A stretch of 64,000 nucleotides of DNA, taken from the NCBI GenBank assembly GCA_000965745.1, contig CP009479.1, positions 1,632,001 through 1,696,000 on the forward strand, in the 5' to 3' direction. A program made the position numbers and the translations under genes. Under the pieces are notes generated by a model, which saw only the letters and a program-made list of their open reading frames with translations, was not told the origin of the DNA and made no database searches. How positions within the stretch are numbered: position 1 is the first letter of the stretch; the number at the start of each line of letters is the position of its first letter. The stretch comes from an uncultured archaeon. GTDB taxonomy: Archaea; Thermoplasmatota; Thermoplasmata; Thermoplasmatales; Thermoplasmataceae. Below, piece by piece: positions 9,809 through 19,728 of this stretch.

Positions 9809-10107
9809 CGCGGTTTCCTCCTCGTTTTTTTATATGCTTCCTGGAGCAGTGATACCTCCAGTTCCTTCTCTGCAAGCATCTTCTTCAATCTCTCGTTCTC
9901 CTTCTTCAGCTTTCTGAGGCCTGGTTCCAAGGACCTTGTACGGGATCTGAGCCCATCCATGCCTAGTGCATCGAAGGCCTGTTTCCAACGGTAGAACATG
10001 GATGGATCCACAGAATATTTTCTGCAGGTTTCAACGACATGTCCGCTTTCTTTGATCTCGTTGATGAGTGCCAGTTTCTCTTCCGCTTTCCAGTATCTGC
10101 GAGTCAT
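9805..10107 (-). CDS. IS3 transposase OrfA (HTH plus leucine zipper)
   Basis: RRYWKAEEKL..., CRKYSVDPSMFYRWK, LKKENERLKKML. Confidence 0.92.
   Translation of the reverse strand: MTRRYWKAEEKLALINEIKESGHVVETCRKYSVDPSMFYRWKQAFDALGMDGLRSRTRSLEPGLRKLKKENERLKKMLAEKELEVSLLQEAYKKTRRKPR
9824..9831 (-). promoter_or_regulatory. Programmed -1 frameshift site (A7C) joining orfA and orfB
   Basis: Minus strand TAT AAAAAAA C GAG GAG GAA ACC GCG TTG; a -1 shift gives ...KNEEETALINE in the OrfB frame. Confidence 0.8.
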
Positions 10108-10278
10108 TTCCCCCTAGAACCCCCCTATATATACTTTTCTATTACTATAAGCCAATGTTGTCCAATTATTTAAGGGGCCAGCACACTTTTACCGTAAGAA
10201 TCCCCCATAAAGAAATTCGGATATCGTGCTTGAGCTATCCCAAAAACCCCTCCACAAACCTTTTTCATGACCTCATGA

Positions 10279-10422
10279 TCAAATAGTTTTAACCTGCTGC
10301 AATCAAGCTTCCCGGAGTGGTACAAGGAAGTTGAGTCACTTGGAGATCCACTTTTGGGTATTACCGGCAGAATTGACTTCGAGAAAATCAAGCCGATCCT
10401 CTCGGACCTGTATGAAGGCTAA
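10279..10422 (+). pseudogene. IS5-family transposase N-terminal remnant
   Basis: Translates EWYKEVESLGDPLLGITGRIDFEKIKPILSDLYEG*, like the N-termini of archaeal IS5 transposases, and stops where the GGRP motif would begin. Confidence 0.6.
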
Positions 10423-10456
10423 AAATCTATAATCTAACTTAAATAAAATAAAGTCA

Positions 10457-10978
10457 TTATTTTACAAAGGGCGTGCTGAGCTTCAGGGCGTTGATCAGAA
10501 AATCGTCTGATACCCCTACATATTTCTCATACCTGGCTACACCGTAACGCCTTACTATATCCCAGACTTCAGAGTTGACTTCATAGCTTTCGGGATACTC
10601 GTACACTTCTTCTCTGTTGAATATCTCAGTCTCCTCCTTCTGGTTGTGTTCAAGAAGAGTTTCAAAGAATAGCTCTATTCTTGTATCTATCAAGTCGTCC
10701 CTCCCCTGGGATTTCCATTTTATGAGATTCAGGGCAAGGGTCTCAAGCAACTTGTGATCTGCAGAAATCCTCTTTATGCTCTCTTGTAGGTCATCAGGCA
10801 TCCTCAGGTATGCAAGCATGCGTGGAAAAAAGATCATGTCCTCAGTCATTGCGTGAACATTGAAAACGAAATCCTTGAGCCCCAGGAAAGTCTCATACCT
10901 GTTTTCCGGTGTTATATTATTGATGTACTTCTTGATAGCGAGATGTTCAATCTTGAGCATTTCAATGATATTCCGCAT
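10457..10978 (-). CDS. Hemerythrin/HHE cation-binding domain protein
   Basis: LKIEH, HAMTEDMIFFP, ADHKLL, EHNQKEETEIF. Confidence 0.85.
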   Translation of the reverse strand: MRNIIEMLKIEHLAIKKYINNITPENRYETFLGLKDFVFNVHAMTEDMIFFPRMLAYLRMPDDLQESIKRISADHKLLETLALNLIKWKSQGRDDLIDTRIELFFETLLEHNQKEETEIFNREEVYEYPESYEVNSEVWDIVRRYGVARYEKYVGVSDDFLINALKLSTPFVK

Positions 10979-11241
10979 GAATTCAAATATAAGGCTGTTT
11001 TATTATACGCTATCCTAACATGTTAAGTATAAATGTGTGGAATAAGTCACATTTCCTATTTAATCGGGCTCCACATGTGTTGTATCGGTATTCCTGCAGC
11101 CCGGAAACAAGCCGATAGCCATGGCATGACGTGATAGAAACCCGCTGTGCAATGAGAAAATCCGAAGCAGTATGGCCTGTGCAGGAGGATAGTAAAGCGT
11201 CAATAATATCTACCAGATTCCAATGGAGGTTGGAAAAAATC

Positions 11242-12069
11242 ATGAAGGCCAGAACAGGCTTCTTAGGGCCCAGGGGGACATGGACCGAGGAAGCTGCAAT
11301 GTCCTTTTCGGACTCCCTGGAACTTATTCCGTACAGCAATATATGCAATATAGTGGATGACGTTGACAGCGGCAGGCTGACCTATGGTGTAATCCCGGTA
11401 GAAAATTCAATTGGAGGGGGTGTAGTTGATACGCTTGACTGCCTTGCCAACAGCAGGGATGCGCTCATAATTTCTGAGAAGATAATGAACATCAACCATG
11501 TTCTCATGTCTTCCGGGGAGTTGGAGCAGATTGAGGTCGTAATATCTCATCAGAACGCAATAGCTCAGTGCAGGAAGACCATAGCAAATCGCCTGCCTGC
11601 TGCCAGAGTGGATTTTTCAAGTTCAACAGCTGAAGCTGGCAGGATCGCCTCGACTGACAGCAGTGTTGGTGTTGTCGGAAGCAGAAGAATTGCGGAATTG
11701 TATGATCTCAGAATTCAGTCTGAGAGGATGTCGGACCTCAAGGACAACTACACCAGATTCGTCATGATTGGAAAGGAATTTTCAGGAAGAACTGGCAAGG
11801 ATCGCACTTCGATATGCGTTACTCTGAAGAAGAACGAATACGCATCCCTTTGGAGGTTTCTGGGCATCTTTGCAGCTCTGAAGATCAACCTTTCCCGTAT
11901 AGAGTCCAGGCCTGATCCCGTTTCTCCGGGAGAGTACAAGTTCTTCTTTGATATGTTCGGGCACAGGGACGATATGGAGGTATCGATTGCACTGAATGCG
12001 ATAAAAACATACTGCTCTACTGTCAGCATACTCGGCTCATACCCGAGGGAAGAGTGGCCAAGAGCATAG
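11242..12069 (+). CDS. pheA: Prephenate dehydratase with ACT domain
   Basis: FLGPRGTWTEEAA, PVENSIGG, NYTRF, INLSRIESRP, LGSYP; GGAGGT precedes the ATG at 11242. Confidence 0.93.
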   Translation: MKARTGFLGPRGTWTEEAAMSFSDSLELIPYSNICNIVDDVDSGRLTYGVIPVENSIGGGVVDTLDCLANSRDALIISEKIMNINHVLMSSGELEQIEVVISHQNAIAQCRKTIANRLPAARVDFSSSTAEAGRIASTDSSVGVVGSRRIAELYDLRIQSERMSDLKDNYTRFVMIGKEFSGRTGKDRTSICVTLKKNEYASLWRFLGIFAALKINLSRIESRPDPVSPGEYKFFFDMFGHRDDMEVSIALNAIKTYCSTVSILGSYPREEWPRA

Positions 12070-12110
12070 AAGCTCTCCGGCAGGACTTGAAATCGATAAA
12101 ATGAGTGTTC

Positions 12111-13019
12111 CTAAAGGAATCTTATCCTCGTCTCAAGTTCTCCAACCTGTTCAATGCCGGCCTGAACAAGATCTCCATCCTTGAGGTATTCCCCAGTCAT
12201 GGACCCGTTTTTCAAAGGTGTTCCGGTCGATATTATGTCCCCCGGCTCAAGGGTAATTCCTTTTGAAATGTATTCAAGGAGGGCCGGGATCTTGTGGGTG
12301 ATTGTATCTGTTCTTGCGCTCTGCTGTGTCTTGCCGTTTATGCGTACCTTGATCTCAAGATTATAGGGGTCCTTTACCTCGTCCTTTGTGACCATCCATG
12401 GACCCATCGGGGCTGCATTGTCCAGATTCTTCAGTCTCAGCCAGTTGACTTTGTGAATCGGTGAAGGGTGAGCCCTAAGGTCCCTGAAACTGAAATCATT
12501 CATCACTGTGTAGCCTGCCACACAGTCCATCGCTTCATCTTTTGAGACATCCTTGCATCTTTTCCCTATCACGAGCGCCAGTTCAATCTCATTGTCAGGC
12601 TGCCTTGAATATTCCGGAACGTTGACGGTCCCTTTATGGCCCAGAAGGCCGTTTGGAAGTTTTATGAAAACATAAGGCTCCTGCGGGGGTTTAGCCCCGG
12701 GCTCCGGTGCATGGGAGCTGTAGTTTATTCCCACCATCAGCATCTTGCTTGGCTTCAGAACAGGCGGAAGATACTCAATATTTCCCTCCTGGACGATGCA
12801 GGACTGTTCATTTCCATTCCTGCCCTCAAGAAGCTTCTTGAGGATTTCAAACGCATGCTCTCCACCTTTGAGAAGACAATCAACTGAATCGAACCAGTCC
12901 GGCGCATTTGATGCATATCTGGTCTCGAACAGTTTCCTGACATCCAGCAATTCTCCATTTTTGAACGTTCCAAGCCGTGGGCTGGAATTCTCTGTATATC
13001 TGTAATTCAGCAGCTTCAT
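12111..13019 (-). CDS. Fumarylacetoacetate hydrolase family protein
   Basis: VGINYSSH, EIELALVIGK, GYTVMNDFSFRD, GPWMVT, TLEPGDIISTGTP. Confidence 0.93.
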   Translation of the reverse strand: MKLLNYRYTENSSPRLGTFKNGELLDVRKLFETRYASNAPDWFDSVDCLLKGGEHAFEILKKLLEGRNGNEQSCIVQEGNIEYLPPVLKPSKMLMVGINYSSHAPEPGAKPPQEPYVFIKLPNGLLGHKGTVNVPEYSRQPDNEIELALVIGKRCKDVSKDEAMDCVAGYTVMNDFSFRDLRAHPSPIHKVNWLRLKNLDNAAPMGPWMVTKDEVKDPYNLEIKVRINGKTQQSARTDTITHKIPALLEYISKGITLEPGDIISTGTPLKNGSMTGEYLKDGDLVQAGIEQVGELETRIRFL

Positions 13020-13240
13020 TTTCCGTCCCTTCTGAGAGTATTATCGTGCACTGTATTAGAAATTTACCATTATGCAATTTTTTCCGGAACAAATGTGGAG
13101 CATGACGTAAAGTGGGCATTTCCTCACGTAATGATACGAGAACGGATTTTTGTGTAATGCCTTATCAGGCATATCACAGATAATTGTGCATTGCCTCCGG
13201 CGTGCAAAATATATTTAGATATAATGTATGAGGGATTTAG

Positions 13241-14341
13241 GTGGGTTATTCGGAAGACAGTGCAAAGCAGGAAAAACGTTCTATTGACAGAAGGCTGATA
13301 CTTTTCTTTGCGGTTAACATATCTGTTACTGCTCTACTATTCCTGGTTCTTTTCGGAATCTCATCCACATTCACTGCAGGAACAAAAAAAATAATTCTTT
13401 CCTCTGGCATAATCACTTCAAATTTCATTTACCTTGGAGTCCTCGCTCTGCTTTTCGGCTTGAGGCATTCAGTGGATGCAGACCACATAGCTGCAATAGA
13501 CACGTCTACTAGAAAGCTCATAAATGAGGGAAAACGTTCCGAATTTGCTGGATTCTTCTTCAGCATGGGCCACTCCACCGTGGTATTCGCGCTGTCGGTT
13601 TTACTCATGACATCCACAAGGTACGTTACCAGCCACCTGCCCAGCTTAGAGACCCTGGGGTCAGTCATAGGGCCTCTTGTCAGTTCAACCTTCCTATTCA
13701 TAATGGCTGCGATAAACCTATCCATTCTATTCGGACTACGTGCCATTTTCCACAGGGCCCTCAAAGATGACGACGCCGGGAGATTGAGCATTGATGATTT
13801 AATAGGCAGAATGGGGATACTCAACAGAGTACTGAAAGGCCTTTTTTCTTCAGTGAAGAGCCAGGCATATCTATACCCCATAGGCCTTCTGTTCGGGCTT
13901 GGTTTCGACACCGCCTCTGAAGTGGTAGTTTTATCCATTTCAGCTACTCTTGCCGGACTTTTCGTCCATGTTCCACTATACGTTCTTCTCATATTCCCTG
14001 CATTCTTCACTCTTGGAATGACCCTTATTGACACGACTGACGGGTATATGATGTTCAGAGCCTACAGATGGGCATTTTCGGATCCGGTGAAGAAACTCTG
14101 GTATAACATGGTGCTCACAGCTGCCTCAGTCGCCTTTGCAGTTCTGGCAGGCGGCTTCGAGATCATATCCACAGTTACGGGATATTTTGGCCTCAATGGT
14201 TTTCCGTGGGCATTTTTTGAATCGGTATCCAACACCTACTGGTACGTTCTTGGAATTCTCATAATCTCGGTATTTGTTGTCATAGGTCTGCTCTCATACA
14301 TGAGGTATAGAAAGTACCTGGTTTCGAGGACAACCAGTTAG
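13241..14341 (+). CDS. HoxN/HupN/NixA-family high-affinity Ni/Co permease (NiCoT)
   Basis: GLRHSVDADHIAAID, FSMGHSTVV, GLLFGLGFDTASE, GMTLIDTTDG. Confidence 0.93.
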   Translation: MGYSEDSAKQEKRSIDRRLILFFAVNISVTALLFLVLFGISSTFTAGTKKIILSSGIITSNFIYLGVLALLFGLRHSVDADHIAAIDTSTRKLINEGKRSEFAGFFFSMGHSTVVFALSVLLMTSTRYVTSHLPSLETLGSVIGPLVSSTFLFIMAAINLSILFGLRAIFHRALKDDDAGRLSIDDLIGRMGILNRVLKGLFSSVKSQAYLYPIGLLFGLGFDTASEVVVLSISATLAGLFVHVPLYVLLIFPAFFTLGMTLIDTTDGYMMFRAYRWAFSDPVKKLWYNMVLTAASVAFAVLAGGFEIISTVTGYFGLNGFPWAFFESVSNTYWYVLGILIISVFVVIGLLSYMRYRKYLVSRTTS

Positions 14342-14479
14342 CGCCTTCTGATACTGGTTTAATCAGCGCGTCTGATCTTCAACTGCAAGTTGTTGCGTAG
14401 ACTGTTCCATTAATAAGGTATTTTTATCGCAAAACTTCCTGAAAACAAAATTTATCTATAACTCCCTTCTATCAAAATT

Positions 14480-15580
14480 ATGAACAGCAAGCTGGAAGAG
14501 TTGGCGAAGAGGTTTGAAAAGGAGCGAAAACCTACATACTACCAGGATTGGGTCAGGAAGGAGGGGCTGCGCATCATTTCTGGCCATTACATTTACGATC
14601 TCAGGGACGTTGAGCTTGACCCCTGGGAAAGAAGGGGAGGTTCAGCAGTTTTCATAAACCATGAAGATTCCCACAATTCAAATGACTGCTATATCTGCGA
14701 AATTCCACCGGAAGGGCAGCTGAAACCACAGAGGCAGCTCTATGAAGAGATGATCTACGTCCTGGATGGGCAGGGCGCAACTAGAGTGTGGAATGATGCG
14801 GGTGACAAGGTATCTTTCGAATGGCACTCTGGATCCCTTTTTGCCATTCCGCTAAATTCATGGCACGAACATTTCAACACATCAGGGAAGAGGCCTGCCA
14901 GATTCATTTCCGTCACCAATATGCCGGTCGTCATGAACCTGTTCGAGGATGACGATTTTGTCTTTAACACCAAGTTTGATTTCAAGAGCAGATTTTCCGG
15001 CCGATCCGACTACTATGATGCAAAAGACCAGCCGGAAGGTTTCTTCCTTGACACTAACTTTGTACCGGATGTAAGGACGTTGAAGCTTGTTAATGCAAAG
15101 GAGAGAGGAGCCGGCGGAGGTCACATAAGATTTAATCTTGCCAGGGGAACGATGAACAGCCATATCTCGGAATACCCTGTGGGGACTTACAAGAAGGCAC
15201 ACAGGCACGGACCGGGTGCACACGTGGTGATTCTCAGCGGCCAGGGGTACACCCTGATGTGGCCGGAGGGTGAGGAAATAAAGAAATACCCTTGGAAAGA
15301 AGGAAGTATGGTAGTTCCTCCAAACCTGTGGTTCCATCAGCATTTCAATACAGGACCACAGCCTGCCAGGTACCTTGCCTTGAAATATGAGGGAACCGCC
15401 ATAAGGAATGAACTGGGAATACCCAAAGCCTGGATAAGCACCAAGCTTGGTGGTGACCAGCTTGACTACTCAGACGAGAGTACCGAGATCAGAAAGATGT
15501 TTGAGGAGGAGCTGAGAAATAACAATGTTGAATCAAAAATGGCACCTTTCTATGCAAAGGAACTGGAGGAGAGCTCCTGA
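14480..15580 (+). CDS. Bicupin of unknown function
   Basis: Domain 1 PQRQLYEE...PLNSWHEHFN (first two His replaced by Gln); domain 2 AHRHGPG...PPNLWFHQHFN. Confidence 0.85.
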   Translation: MNSKLEELAKRFEKERKPTYYQDWVRKEGLRIISGHYIYDLRDVELDPWERRGGSAVFINHEDSHNSNDCYICEIPPEGQLKPQRQLYEEMIYVLDGQGATRVWNDAGDKVSFEWHSGSLFAIPLNSWHEHFNTSGKRPARFISVTNMPVVMNLFEDDDFVFNTKFDFKSRFSGRSDYYDAKDQPEGFFLDTNFVPDVRTLKLVNAKERGAGGGHIRFNLARGTMNSHISEYPVGTYKKAHRHGPGAHVVILSGQGYTLMWPEGEEIKKYPWKEGSMVVPPNLWFHQHFNTGPQPARYLALKYEGTAIRNELGIPKAWISTKLGGDQLDYSDESTEIRKMFEEELRNNNVESKMAPFYAKELEESS

Positions 15581-15605
15581 AATTTCATCAGGCTGTGCAA
15601 CTTAA

Positions 15606-17084
15606 ATGAGCAATGAGGATCCCCCGACATTCGCCATACAGCATGATGAGGGTTGGGACATAGATTCGGTGAAACTCACCACAATTGGCATAGACATAGG
15701 GACTTCCAGCACCATTGTATCTGTGGCCTCCCTTAGCATGAAGAGGATGGCGCGAGACCTTTCCAGCCAGTTCACTGTTGTATCGAGGCGCGAGAATCAT
15801 GGTTCCAGGATAATGTTCACACCCTATACCGGTGACGAACGAATAGACGGAGATGCTCTTAAAAAGATGATTGATGAATTCTATTCGGAGCATGGTGTCA
15901 GGCCTGACGATGTCGACACCGGTGTGGTTATTCTCACGGGCGAAGCTTTGCTGAAGAAGAACTCTGAAGCGGTTGCCAATATTGTATCTCTTGGAAGGGG
16001 CAGGTTCGTGACCATAGCCGCCGGGCACCTGATGGAAGCCACTCTTGCAGCATTCGGCTCAGGGGCTGTTGAACTCTCAAAGAAAGAGGGAAAACGCATT
16101 CTGAATATTGATATTGGCGGTGGAACCACTAAACTCTCAGTTATTGAGAACGGTGAGATCGAGTCCGTCCAGGCAGTTCGTGTGGGTGGGCACACCATAG
16201 TGAGGGGGCCTGATGGAAGAATCACACGCATAGAGGAATCGGGGAAGGCAGTTCTTGAATGGCTCGGTTATGAATCAAATCCAGGAGATCTGCTGGATGA
16301 TGGAGCAATGGAAAAAGTGTCAGAATTCCTCGCACACTCCTTATTTGATGCCATTTTTGACGCAAAGAGTAATGACATAATCCCGGATTTCACACTCACG
16401 CCCTTAAGTGCTCCTCCCGGGAAAGATGTTGATGCTTTTGTAGTTTCAGGCGGCGTGGGTGAACATTTCTACGACCCGGATACCGAAGATTTTGGGGACC
16501 TCGGGAAAGGAATTGCCACGGTTCTCAGAAAAAGGCTTTCGGAGAGTGATATCAGCATCATGAGGCCGGATCACTGCATCCGGGCAACAGTAATGGGGCT
16601 GTCCCAGTACACCGCTCAAATCAGCGGAAGCACAGTCTATGTTTCGGATGAGAATGCACTTCCGCTCTTCAATATCAGAACGGTCAAAATCGAGGCGGAT
16701 CTCATCGGAGATATTGACAGTGAAAAGTTGAGGCAGAGAATCAAGGAAAGAACGGAGATGTTCGAAGTTGATGTTTCAAGCCCGTTTGCTATGTTTTTTC
16801 ATTGGGATGGAGCCCCCTCCTACAGAAGGCTGAGGGCATTCTGCGAGGGCATAATCAGGTTCGTCGGCTCAATTGATGAAGGGGCCCCGCCACTTATTCT
16901 GATCTTCGATGAGGACGTTGCTTGGATAATCGGAGATATGTTAAAAAGTGAGATGGGAGTAAGGCGAAAGGTTGTCTGCGTGGATGGAGTTTCCCTTGGA
17001 GATCTGGAATTCATAGATATTGGCAGCAAGATATATCCTGCGGGTGTACTTCCCCTGACGGTAAAATCACTCCTCTTCCATTAA
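15606..17084 (+). CDS. EutA-like ASKHA-fold ATPase (ethanolamine ammonia-lyase reactivase family)
   Basis: IGIDIGTSST, DTGVVILTGEA, FVTIAAG, LNIDIGGGTT, SGGVGE, IRATVMG, FIDIG...LPLTVKSLLF. Confidence 0.88.
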   Translation: MSNEDPPTFAIQHDEGWDIDSVKLTTIGIDIGTSSTIVSVASLSMKRMARDLSSQFTVVSRRENHGSRIMFTPYTGDERIDGDALKKMIDEFYSEHGVRPDDVDTGVVILTGEALLKKNSEAVANIVSLGRGRFVTIAAGHLMEATLAAFGSGAVELSKKEGKRILNIDIGGGTTKLSVIENGEIESVQAVRVGGHTIVRGPDGRITRIEESGKAVLEWLGYESNPGDLLDDGAMEKVSEFLAHSLFDAIFDAKSNDIIPDFTLTPLSAPPGKDVDAFVVSGGVGEHFYDPDTEDFGDLGKGIATVLRKRLSESDISIMRPDHCIRATVMGLSQYTAQISGSTVYVSDENALPLFNIRTVKIEADLIGDIDSEKLRQRIKERTEMFEVDVSSPFAMFFHWDGAPSYRRLRAFCEGIIRFVGSIDEGAPPLILIFDEDVAWIIGDMLKSEMGVRRKVVCVDGVSLGDLEFIDIGSKIYPAGVLPLTVKSLLFH

Positions 17085-17103
17085 TTTCTTTTGAGAATCG
17101 AAA

Positions 17104-18327
17104 TCACTGGGCCCCGGCCACTTCCGCTTTATCCCGGGAGTTCTTTTCCTGGAGCTTGAGGAATGGAAGCAGAAGGGAAGCGGATAGCGTGAAAATAAGC
17201 ATTATCCAGAAAGAGAAATAGAGGCTTTCCCTGTAGACAAGGAAGCTCGATAACGCAATGCCCGCTGCTCCGCCCAGAAATTGCCCGACGCCCCACACAA
17301 TTCCACCCGAAGAGGTTGAAATTTCCTTTGGGACGACCTGATTAAGATAGCCAAGAAGCGTTGGGAAACCACTGTAGGTGAAAAATGCATAAATGGAGAA
17401 GAAGAGTGCATCCAGTATCGCATTTGACCCCGACAGCAGGAGGAGGAAGAAGGCCAGCCCGGAGAATATAGTCGTCGTGGTAATTGAGAAAAACCCGCCT
17501 TTTCTCGTAGTCACAATTCCGAAGATGGTCTGCCCGGCTACTGGTGTTAAAACACCCATTGTAAAAATGAAAATTCCGAGAAACTGTGAATTTGTAACAT
17601 TGGCGAGATAGGAAGGCCCATAGGTAGCTACTGCCCTTATAACCATGGCCCTCAGGAAGACCACAGTCATCAGGGAAAATATGAACACCTTGAAAACTGA
17701 CATGTGCCCGGAGAGTGATTTCTTCTGCTTCCTGCCCCTTGATCTTGCAACGCCCTTAATCTTGGGCAATCCAAGGCTGACAAGAACAACAGCGGCGAAC
17801 GTGAAGCCGAGTGCCCACATTATGAACATGCCCTCTACCAGGCCGAATATTCCGATAAGGCCTGCAATTATCAATGGGAATATACCTCTCCCAAAACTTC
17901 CAAAAGAACCGTTTATTCCCAATATCATGGGAGTGTTTCTTCCGTATTCGGACCTTAGTATGCTGGAACCTATAGGGTGGTAGAATGACTGGCCGAAACC
18001 AAGAACTGTGACTCCAATTATGATGTAAAGGAATTCCAGGGTTCCATGCTGTACTGAAAATGCAAAGAAAAGTGCCGCCACTCCATTAAGTGCCAGTCCA
18101 AGTGCTATGAGGACACCCTTCCTCTCAAGTTTGTCTGCCAGTATTCCCACAGGGGTACTCATCGCGCCGGAAACTATCGGGTTCATTATGGCAAGGACTC
18201 CCAGAATTGCCAGATTTGTGGCGGGAAATTCCGTGTAAAGGAAGGTTATCAGTACAGGATAGAGAAATGTGCTGCCATCGTTGGCAAAATGAGCGAATGA
18301 TGTGATTCCAAATACTCTTTTTGACAC
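17104..18327 (-). CDS. MFS transporter (Fsr-like)
   Basis: FAHFAND, GILADKLERK, GFGQSFYHPIG; 12 TM segments. Confidence 0.88.
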   Translation of the reverse strand: MSKRVFGITSFAHFANDGSTFLYPVLITFLYTEFPATNLAILGVLAIMNPIVSGAMSTPVGILADKLERKGVLIALGLALNGVAALFFAFSVQHGTLEFLYIIIGVTVLGFGQSFYHPIGSSILRSEYGRNTPMILGINGSFGSFGRGIFPLIIAGLIGIFGLVEGMFIMWALGFTFAAVVLVSLGLPKIKGVARSRGRKQKKSLSGHMSVFKVFIFSLMTVVFLRAMVIRAVATYGPSYLANVTNSQFLGIFIFTMGVLTPVAGQTIFGIVTTRKGGFFSITTTTIFSGLAFFLLLLSGSNAILDALFFSIYAFFTYSGFPTLLGYLNQVVPKEISTSSGGIVWGVGQFLGGAAGIALSSFLVYRESLYFSFWIMLIFTLSASLLLPFLKLQEKNSRDKAEVAGAQ

Positions 18328-18431
18328 CTTTACTGACCCGTATTGTTATTTTTGTTGAATATAATCTGTAAGCGCTGAAACTGTCTATGAATGCTTCCAG
18401 AAAATATATCGGGAGAAAGGCCGATATGCAA

Positions 18432-19049
18432 TCAGCTTTTCTGGGCTATTTTGGAACTTTCAAGAATTCTCTGGACTTCTGCAGAGTCGATCGTTTTGCC
18501 TTCCTGGTATTCGGGAGCATTCTCGATCTGTTCAAGGTCGTTGAGGCCACTGAATCTGTAAATCCTGTTTATGGCGGAAATTATTCTTAGAGGTTTGGTC
18601 TCTGATGAATTGAAGTGCTGATGGATTGTGTTTGGTGGTATGTAGACAACATCTCCCTGCCTCCAGTCGAACCTTTTCATCTCCCCCTGTGGGACAAATT
18701 CATACTTATCGGTTATCTCGACGTCACAGTCAACATGCTCGTCGTATCCCTTTCCTTCGAGTATGTAGAGGCACTCTTCAGCAAGATGCCTGTGTTTTCC
18801 TGACCTGCTGCCAGGAGGTATGATCTGCATGTAGACATCCACGGTCTCCATGAGGGTATCCATCTGGGAATTGATCATGTGCTTCAATATGCCCTGGGGT
18901 GCCAGTTCCCATGGCATTTCGATGGGCTTTACGACTCTCTTTTTTCCTTTGCTGTTCTCTGGCCTGTCCCTCGACTCATCGAGAAGACCTCTGTAGAAGT
19001 TGGCAGTCTGGTTCCCACTGAGCCATGTCTTGCTCTCTCCCCATGCCAT
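18432..19049 (-). CDS. Cupin domain protein
   Basis: SGKHRHLAEECLYILEGKGY...GDVVYIPPNTIHQHFN; start coupled to the upstream stop (TAATG). Confidence 0.88.
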   Translation of the reverse strand: MAWGESKTWLSGNQTANFYRGLLDESRDRPENSKGKKRVVKPIEMPWELAPQGILKHMINSQMDTLMETVDVYMQIIPPGSRSGKHRHLAEECLYILEGKGYDEHVDCDVEITDKYEFVPQGEMKRFDWRQGDVVYIPPNTIHQHFNSSETKPLRIISAINRIYRFSGLNDLEQIENAPEYQEGKTIDSAEVQRILESSKIAQKS

Positions 19050-19606
19050 TACTCACCACCTTCCTGGTCCGGGTCGGCGTCTTCCCTTGGCTCATATCCT
19101 ACTCCGTTTTCGGTAGGCTCAGTTGGCCTTGGAATAACAGTCTTCTGGAACAGCATATTCATGAACATGTACATTGGCTTGGTCTTTATGACAAGTGCAC
19201 GAGCCGGTTTCTCAGTATCCGCGTTATTGTGCTGGTGAACGCAATTGTTGGGAACAATGGCGACATCCCCCGCCTCCCAGTCATATCTTTCCCCGTCATG
19301 TATCTCATAGCCTTTTCCATCCAGTATGTAGAATGATGCCTCATTTACATGGCCATGCTTCTGGGATTTCCCTCCGGGAGAATATTCTTCCAGGTGGATG
19401 TGAAGTGTTTGGCCAAGCCCGTCAACAGGCTCAATATAATGCTTGCTGAATGTCTGGGGCCCGTCAACGAATTTGATTTCCTCTGCCCTCCTCACTCTTG
19501 GCAAAGACCTAAGTCTTTTGAGTTCTTCCTTAAGATTGTATTCGCCAGATATGGCTCTCACGAATACTCGGTCCTTCTTGCTGTGATAATGAGATTCAGT
19601 TCCCAT
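19049..19606 (-). CDS. Cupin domain protein
   Basis: SQKHGHVNEASFYILDGKGY...GDVAIVPNNCVHQHNN; AGGAGGTG RBS. Confidence 0.88.
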   Translation of the reverse strand: MGTESHYHSKKDRVFVRAISGEYNLKEELKRLRSLPRVRRAEEIKFVDGPQTFSKHYIEPVDGLGQTLHIHLEEYSPGGKSQKHGHVNEASFYILDGKGYEIHDGERYDWEAGDVAIVPNNCVHQHNNADTEKPARALVIKTKPMYMFMNMLFQKTVIPRPTEPTENGVGYEPREDADPDQEGGE

Positions 19607-19728
19607 TTATACACCTCCTGAAAAATGAATAGCCAGCTTGCCCATAAATCGGTATTATATTCATAATAAATATAGTTATTCTTATTGAGGCATAGCTCAA
19701 AAAGAATTTTTTGCTAAAAATATTTAAA

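Larger units (their letters stand above)
8866..10185 (-). mobile_element. IS3-family insertion sequence, complete (1320 bp)
   Basis: TG...CA ends; imperfect IRs TGGTTTGGTCCCC..TGGACA...ATTGGCTTAT and TGTGCTGGCCCC..TGGACA...ATTGGCTTAT; 4-bp duplication CTTT at 8862-8865 and 10186-10189; orfA plus orfB. Confidence 0.92.

Noticed and set aside
11020-11241. Long region upstream of pheA as an attenuator or riboswitch
   Set aside because: No Phe-rich leader peptide and only 6-7 bp complementarities; the 37-codon ORF extension has no PheA similarity.
15606-17084. Calling an ethanolamine utilisation (eut) locus
   Set aside because: No eutB, eutC, microcompartment or B12 genes are in the window, so only the family assignment is supported.
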